From contig OY970368.1 in the NCBI GenBank assembly GCA_963718615.1, positions 1,824,001-1,888,000 on the forward strand: a DNA stretch of 64,000 nucleotides, given 5' to 3'. The notes below the pieces were generated by a model. It saw only the letters and a list, made by a program, of their open reading frames with translations. It was not told where the DNA came from and searched no databases. Position numbers and translations under genes: made by a program. Shown here one piece after another: positions 58,605-64,000 of the stretch. This DNA comes from an uncultured cyanobacterium (GTDB taxonomy: Bacteria; Cyanobacteriota; Cyanobacteriia; PCC-9006; JAAUQQ01). Within the stretch, counting starts at the first letter, position 1. Each line of letters begins with the position of its first letter.

Positions 58605-59465
58605 TTAGATGTTGTAAATAATGAAACCGGCGATCGCATCTAATAACGCCTGGGTTTCATCCGCTCGAATCGCATGGCCACTGTGCTCAAAAATGCGCAG
58701 ATCGGCCCTGGGAATCAGAGCGGCGATTTCTTCGGAAAATTCCGGTGGACAAATCCAATCGTGGCGGCCTCCGATTACCAAGGTGGGGGCCGTTATTTTA
58801 TGGAGCTGATCCCGGATATCGTAGGTGCGCAAAAAGCCCGAGAAGGCAACATTAAGAGCATCTACAGATAAAATGGCTCGCTGCCAGCCTTGGCCTGAAA
58901 CTGTGGGGTTATGGGTGATGGAGTAGAGCGGGGCCAGGAGATCGAAGTATTCCTGGAGATGGGCCTCGTCGCGGAAGCTGCCCTGCCAGAGGTGCTGGGC
59001 GATCGCCTGCTGCTCCGCTGTCCCCCGCTCGGCCAAATTTTGCTTTGCCCGGTCCAAAAACCGCGAATCCGCTACCGTGGCATAAACAATCAGATGGGAA
59101 ACCGCATCGGGGTAGCGGCTGGCGTAGTTCAATGCCACCATGCCGCCGTAGGAGCCGCCAATCACCACGATTTTTTCGAGACCGAGATATTGCCGGAGGG
59201 CTTCTAGATCTTCAACGTTATTCTCTAGGGTGTAGGTTGCTTTGGGTCCTCGGGCCGATCGCCCTTGGCCGCGATGGTCGAGATAAATCAACTGCATGCG
59301 GTCTGCTAGGGGACTAAAGCTGGGTTTATAGCTGGTATGGTCGGCACCGGGTCCACCGTGAAGTAAGACGGCGACGGGCTTTTCGACCATGCGATCGCCC
59401 CGTGCCACGAGTCCTGCGCCTTCGATGTCGAAGTAGAGTTCGGTGTCGCGGAGTTTGGCTTTCAT
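58605..59465 (-). CDS. Proline iminopeptidase-like alpha/beta hydrolase
   Basis: HGGPG, D.RG.G.S, GGSYGG nucleophile, GRHD and SGH. Confidence 0.9.
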   Translation of the reverse strand: MKAKLRDTELYFDIEGAGLVARGDRMVEKPVAVLLHGGPGADHTSYKPSFSPLADRMQLIYLDHRGQGRSARGPKATYTLENNVEDLEALRQYLGLEKIVVIGGSYGGMVALNYASRYPDAVSHLIVYATVADSRFLDRAKQNLAERGTAEQQAIAQHLWQGSFRDEAHLQEYFDLLAPLYSITHNPTVSGQGWQRAILSVDALNVAFSGFLRTYDIRDQLHKITAPTLVIGGRHDWICPPEFSEEIAALIPRADLRIFEHSGHAIRADETQALLDAIAGFIIYNI

Positions 59466-59517
59466 GGGGAAGGAGTTATGAGGTGATGGGGACTAACTTG
59501 GGGGTGAGGCTAGCTGA

Positions 59518-60243
59518 CTAATGGGGCTTGGCGGTTTGGCGGGTCCAGAGGGCTAGGCCACCGCCCCGTCCTCGGGCGGCGATCGCCTCGGGGGTTACCC
59601 AGAAGTAGCTAAAAAAGGCTTGGGTTTTGAGAAATTGGGGCTGGGTGCAGGTGGCTTCAAAGCGTTGGCGGCGAGTTGGGGTTTTGTCGGTTGTATTGGG
59701 GCGGGTTGGACCTTGGCGGATCGGGCCTTGGCGGATCGGGCCTTGGTAGAGGGTGCGATCGCCCCAGCTCAAGTTCAATTCGGTAAAGTCAAAGGCGAGA
59801 ATGCGTTGCCGAAGGAAAAAGGCCGTGGGGCCAGTGAGGGTGAGCCGCAATGCGCCGAAGGCGACTTGGTTCGCTACTTCGCCTCGGGTTACAGGTTGGG
59901 GGGTGGGCTCCTCTAAATCGGCAGAATCGGTCGAATCGGCAGAATGGGCAGAATCGCTAGGCTCTAAGGCTCGATAACTCAGCGTAATCTTGAGCCAGTG
60001 GGGCAGCCAGCGTCCGGCTCCGAGGATGATTCCGGCTTGTTGACGCGATCGCTTTGTCCCCGTGATCAACCGCAGCTGCCAGTCCCCCAGCAAATCGGCA
60101 AAGGCAATCGAGGGGTGGGTTTGTTTGGCGACTTTTTCTTGCGCGAGCAGGGCCGCGACGAGGGATTCGGGGGTGGGGCGATCGCGTGAGGGGCGTTGAG
60201 CCAAATCCTGTAGAACAGTGAAGTCATCCATGGGGTTGGTCAT
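59518..60243 (-). CDS. Conserved hypothetical protein (possibly lipocalin/fibrillin-like)
   Basis: LLGDWQL early motif; C-terminal AARGRGGGLALW. Confidence 0.65.
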   Translation of the reverse strand: MTNPMDDFTVLQDLAQRPSRDRPTPESLVAALLAQEKVAKQTHPSIAFADLLGDWQLRLITGTKRSRQQAGIILGAGRWLPHWLKITLSYRALEPSDSAHSADSTDSADLEEPTPQPVTRGEVANQVAFGALRLTLTGPTAFFLRQRILAFDFTELNLSWGDRTLYQGPIRQGPIRQGPTRPNTTDKTPTRRQRFEATCTQPQFLKTQAFFSYFWVTPEAIAARGRGGGLALWTRQTAKPH

Positions 60244-60343
60244 TGTGGTTGCGTCTCTGTTTTTGTCAAATCTTTTGTCTCAAAGACCGAACGAGAAGAA
60301 AACCTAATGATAGGGTTGAGAAGCAACGCCAATCGTTTTCACC

Positions 60344-60949
60344 ATGTCTGCTGATCTTCAAGACACCCCCTCGGATTACCCCTCGGATTACCCTTCAAAT
60401 CAAGAGTTTCCCTCGGAACCTCCGCCCCAACCGGGCTTTTTGGCAAAAGTTCGTTCGTTGTTTACGGTCCTCTTGCTGATGGGGCTAAGCGCTGGCGTGG
60501 GCTATGGCGTGGGCTATGTGCAGCAGCGAGCCACCCTAGGTCAACAGGCCAAACGCCATGCCACCGAATTAGAAAGCGTCACCGAACAGCTCACCACTGC
60601 CCAAGCCGCTGCCCGGTTAGCTCAGACCCAGGGCTCCTTGATGGAAGCTCGGGCACTCTTGTTTCAGAGTGTCTATGAGCTAGACCAGCAAAACTTTGGC
60701 AATGCCAACAGTCTGTTGCGTCAAGCCAGCGAGACGGTAACCAGCGTCGAGTACAGCAAGGACGAGCAGACCCTGGCGGCGGTGAAAGAAGAATTATCCA
60801 CAGCGGAAATCAACTTTGCCACCAACCCAGCCGAGCAACGCAAGCGGATGCTAGCCTTCGCCGATCAGCTCAGGGTTTTGGTGCCCGACTCCCTGCCGGA
60901 GGACTCTCCCCCAGCATCACCAGCCCCCACCGCTGCCCCCCAACCGTAG
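60344..60949 (+). CDS. Hypothetical membrane-anchored coiled-coil protein
   Basis: One TM helix followed by a helical domain. Confidence 0.7.
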   Translation: MSADLQDTPSDYPSDYPSNQEFPSEPPPQPGFLAKVRSLFTVLLLMGLSAGVGYGVGYVQQRATLGQQAKRHATELESVTEQLTTAQAAARLAQTQGSLMEARALLFQSVYELDQQNFGNANSLLRQASETVTSVEYSKDEQTLAAVKEELSTAEINFATNPAEQRKRMLAFADQLRVLVPDSLPEDSPPASPAPTAAPQP

Positions 60950-60977
60950 GCTGGCGTTGAGCGTAGCGAAACCCAGA
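60946..60977 (+). repeat. GTAG-initiated REP-like repeat (family A), partial copy
   Basis: GTAGGCTGGCGTTGAGCGTAGCGAAACCCAG resembles 18784-18818. Confidence 0.45.
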
Positions 60978-61106
60978 TTTGCCTGGATGGGCGTGTCTTC
61001 AGGCGATCGCCCCTTCCCTTGCGCTTAAAAAACTTCAAAAATTGTATTGATTAACTCAACTTCTGTGCTAACCTAGCAAAGGCGAAGGGCGATTTGCCCC
61101 TCCCAA

Positions 61107-61178
61107 GGGTTGCTAGCTCAGCGGTAGAGCACTCGGCTTTTAACCGATTGGTCCTGGGTTCGAATCCCAGGCGACCCA
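61107..61178 (+). tRNA. tRNA-Lys(UUU)
   Basis: Acceptor GGGTTGC/GCGACCC, D-arm GCTCAGCGGTAGAGC, anticodon loop CTTTTAA, T-loop GGTTCGAATCC; CCA not encoded. Confidence 0.96.
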
Positions 61179-61436
61179 TAATTACAATCAGCAAAAGATC
61201 AAGCAAGCAAATAATTAAGCGGATCTTTGAAGTGGGGGGATGGCATTGCTATCCCCCTGCAGTCTTTGGAAAAGGCTTTGGACAGAAAATGGGGGAACAA
61301 TCCTTGGAAATGACGGAGGCGATCGCCGTTTCCCTAGGAATAATTTACTAGTGCTAGCTCTTCCCTTAAGATTAGTGACAGAGTCTTAAACATAAGTTTG
61401 CTGAAGGCAACGTAATCTCCTAGGAGGACCTATCTT

Positions 61437-62516
61437 ATGGCGCTCGTACCCATGCGGCTATTGCTGGACCACGCCGCTGAAAACGGTTATGGCATTCCCG
61501 CATTCAACGTCAACAACCTGGAACAGATCATCTCGATCATGCAGGCTGCGGACGAAACCGACAGCCCCGTGATTTTGCAGGCCTCTCGCGGTGCTCGCAG
61601 CTATGCAGGCGAAAACTTCCTGCGTCACCTCGTTTTGGCTGCCGTGGAAACCTATCCCCACATTCCCGTGGTCATGCACCAAGACCATGGCAACAGCCCC
61701 AGCACCTGCTACTCTGCGATTAAAAATGGCTTCACTAGCGTGATGATGGACGGCTCCTTGGAGGCCGATGCTAAGACTCCTGCTAGCTTTGAGTACAACG
61801 TTGCGGTGACCTCTGAGGTCGTTAAAGTCGCTCACGCCATTGGCGCAAGCGTTGAGGGTGAGCTGGGTTGCCTCGGCTCCCTCGAAACCGGCAAGGGTGA
61901 AGCGGAAGACGGCCACGGTTTTGAAGGGGCTCTGAGCCACGATCAACTGCTGACCGACCCCGATGAAGCCGTTGACTTTGTCATTAGCACCCAAGTGGAT
62001 GCCCTAGCTGTTGCGATCGGTACCAGCCATGGCGCTTACAAGTTCACCCGTAAGCCCACGGGCGAAATCCTCGCCATCAGCCGCATCGAAGAAATTCACA
62101 AGCGTCTGCCCAACACCCACTTGGTGATGCATGGGTCTTCCTCCGTGCCCCAGGAGTGGTTGGACATGATCAACCAGTATGGCGGTGCCATTCCTGAAAC
62201 CTACGGCGTGCCCGTTGAAGAAATTCAAAAAGGCATTAAGAGTGGTGTTCGTAAAGTCAATATTGACACCGACAACCGTTTGGCCATCACCGCTGCCATC
62301 CGCGAAGCGGCATTCAAGGATCCCAAAAACTTTGATCCTCGCCACTTCCTCAAGCCTTCGATTAAGTATATGCAGAAGGTTTGCTCGGATCGCTATCAAG
62401 AGTTCTGGACTGCCGGAAATGCTAGTAAGATTAAGCAGCAGTCTGTCGAATACTTCGCTGCGAAATACGCAAAAGGCGAGCTTGATCAAGTTGCTAAGCA
62501 AACTGCAACGGTTTAG
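61437..62516 (+). CDS. fbaA: Fructose-bisphosphate aldolase class II
   Basis: [33 protein letters not shown] and KVNIDTD; GGAGG RBS. Confidence 0.97.
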   Translation: MALVPMRLLLDHAAENGYGIPAFNVNNLEQIISIMQAADETDSPVILQASRGARSYAGENFLRHLVLAAVETYPHIPVVMHQDHGNSPSTCYSAIKNGFTSVMMDGSLEADAKTPASFEYNVAVTSEVVKVAHAIGASVEGELGCLGSLETGKGEAEDGHGFEGALSHDQLLTDPDEAVDFVISTQVDALAVAIGTSHGAYKFTRKPTGEILAISRIEEIHKRLPNTHLVMHGSSSVPQEWLDMINQYGGAIPETYGVPVEEIQKGIKSGVRKVNIDTDNRLAITAAIREAAFKDPKNFDPRHFLKPSIKYMQKVCSDRYQEFWTAGNASKIKQQSVEYFAAKYAKGELDQVAKQTATV

Positions 62517-62582
62517 ATCGGTAGTCGATAGCGCTGTAATTGTTTAGTGTGCGGGCTCAAGGCATTATGCATTGAGTCTTAG

Positions 62583-62608
62583 GGCGGTCCGTAAGGGCCG
62601 CTTTTTTT
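62583..62608 (+). terminator. Intrinsic terminator after fbaA
   Basis: GCGGTCC-GTAA-GGGCCGC followed by TTTTTTT. Confidence 0.85.
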
Positions 62609-62646
62609 AGGGCGCAATGCGTCTCTTGGGACAGAGCGTGAGCCAT

Positions 62647-63730
62647 CTAGACGGTTTCCCGTGGGAAGATTTCTGCGCGATCGCGACCTTTTTGCTTGGC
62701 TAGATACAGCATTTTATCCGCCTTCTCGATTAACGTATCAGCCGTATCTAGACCATCCCACGCAGCAATCCCTGCTGAGAAAGTTTGTTCCTCAGGCATT
62801 ACACGCTTCAACCGTTGGATGATCTGAAGCGCATTGTCGGGCGTGCATTGAAACAACAGCAACCCAAATTCTTCACCGCCATAACGGGCCAATAAATCTC
62901 CTGTTCGTAGTTGTTGATTCCAGGCTTGAGCTACGGCTTTGAGTAACTGATCGCCCGCTTGGTGACCTCTTTGATCATTGAAGTGCTTAAAATGATCTAA
63001 ATCCAAAAGAATGAGTGTGAACGAGTCGCCTAGGGTTTGACAGCGTTCCATCATTTTGGGCAATTCTTCGTCCCAAACTCGGCGATTAGGGATCCCCGTC
63101 AATCCATCCGTTCGAGCAAGCTTATCAATATTTTTCAATAGGGCAATCTGCCGGTGCATAAACGCATTCGCACGTTTAACAAAGAGTCGTAACGTCGCCA
63201 ACACGCAGCCCCCCGAGAGAAACATTAGAATATAGGCGATATTATTAGCTTCTCTAGCTTCTTGCAGGCTTTGGTGGGAAAGATTCAGGATAGAAACAAT
63301 TAATTCTTCTATTTCAGAGGTGATCTTTTTAAAATATTGACTCTCTTGGCTGCTCACCCAGCCATTGGCCCTTGCGATCGCGGTTGGATCTTGAGAACGA
63401 TAGGCTTGAACTACAGTTTGATCGATTTCCATAACTTTTTGGAAGTGGGAAGATACTAATTTCCACACTTCTATTTCCGATGGTTCAGAGATATGGTCTC
63501 GAATGCGATGGATTTCTAGGTTTAGCTGAGCGGCTGTCTCCAGAAAATTCCTACGATTCGGTGAATGATCGTCAAGCGCTTGCGGCAATCCACGAAGAGC
63601 ATCAAAGGCATAGGCCGTTTGCCAACTCTTAAGCTGGACTGCTAGAAATTTAGTTTCAAAGGCAAGATAGGTCAATTGATGAGCTTCTTGCCATTTTTGT
63701 CTTTGATGCTGATCCGTTTGCCAGCTAAAC
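62647..63730 (-). pseudogene. Membrane diguanylate cyclase (GGEEF), 5' end cut by IS1380
   Basis: TDGLTG..NRR, DLDHFK.FND..GH..GD and RYGGEEF; the frame stays open upstream into the IS end with no first TM helix or native start. Confidence 0.75.
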
Positions 63731-64000
63731 CCGGATATCTCACCAGTGCCGAGGGATCGGGGTCACCAACCAGCGAGAATGTAATAACCACAAGACATTC
63801 AGCGGTTTGCAAAGATGGCCCCGACCCAAACAGAGTGTAACTTGCCAAGCTACGAGTTTGGACGCCTGAATCAACGCAAGATAGTAGCGAACTTTAGCGG
63901 TGGTGAGCTCAGCAGTGATGGAGGGCTGCTGCTAATTCGAGAAATCGACCAGCTATATCGAATCAGTGAGCGGCTGTCCGAGTGCTTTACGGATCACCGC
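63731..64000 (+). mobile_element. IS1380-family element, left end and start of transposase (runs off the window)
   Basis: End-like CCGGATATCT; ATG 63815 gives MAPTQTECNLPSYEFGRLNQRKIVANFSGGELSSDGGLLLIREID...CFTDHR, with the IS1380-type F.GG.LSSDGG.LL motif. Confidence 0.85.

Larger units (their letters stand above)
1..64000. repeat. HIP1 octamer GCGATCGC dispersed through the window
   Basis: Very frequent in core genes; not seen in the low-GC island, the IS4 or the tnpB ORF. Confidence 0.9.

Noticed and set aside
61107-61260. tRNA-Lys as an integration site for an island
   Set aside because: No integrase or duplicated tRNA 3' end; only a terminator-like hairpin follows.

Overview
Chromosomal window from a cyanobacterium. 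Evidence: dense HIP1 GCGATCGC sites, rpaB, class II fbaA, glcD, plsX-fabH-fabD, radA, SLH porin, GUN4-domain, Uma2 and XisH/XisI genes. The core genes are interrupted by several accessory regions: (1) IS remnants, a low-GC orphan island and an intact IS4 after glcD (6.1-10.4 kb); (2) two tandem GH9 cellulase genes; (3) a TnpB-only IS605/IS1341-type element inserted exactly in front of a start codon; (4) a Uma2-flanked putative immunity island after radA (50.4-55.4 kb); (5) an IS1380 that cuts a diguanylate cyclase at the right edge. The strongest candidate for a new system is in the radA-proximal island. A small Bell/HeLo-like ORF with a C-terminal amyloid-like motif is separated from an NB-ARC-TPR (NLR-like) ORF by one in-frame UGA. 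That UGA is followed by C, an 8-nt spacer and a predicted H-type pseudoknot, a layout resembling a programmed stop-codon readthrough signal. All calls come from reading sequence and motifs by eye; no searches or folding programs were run.
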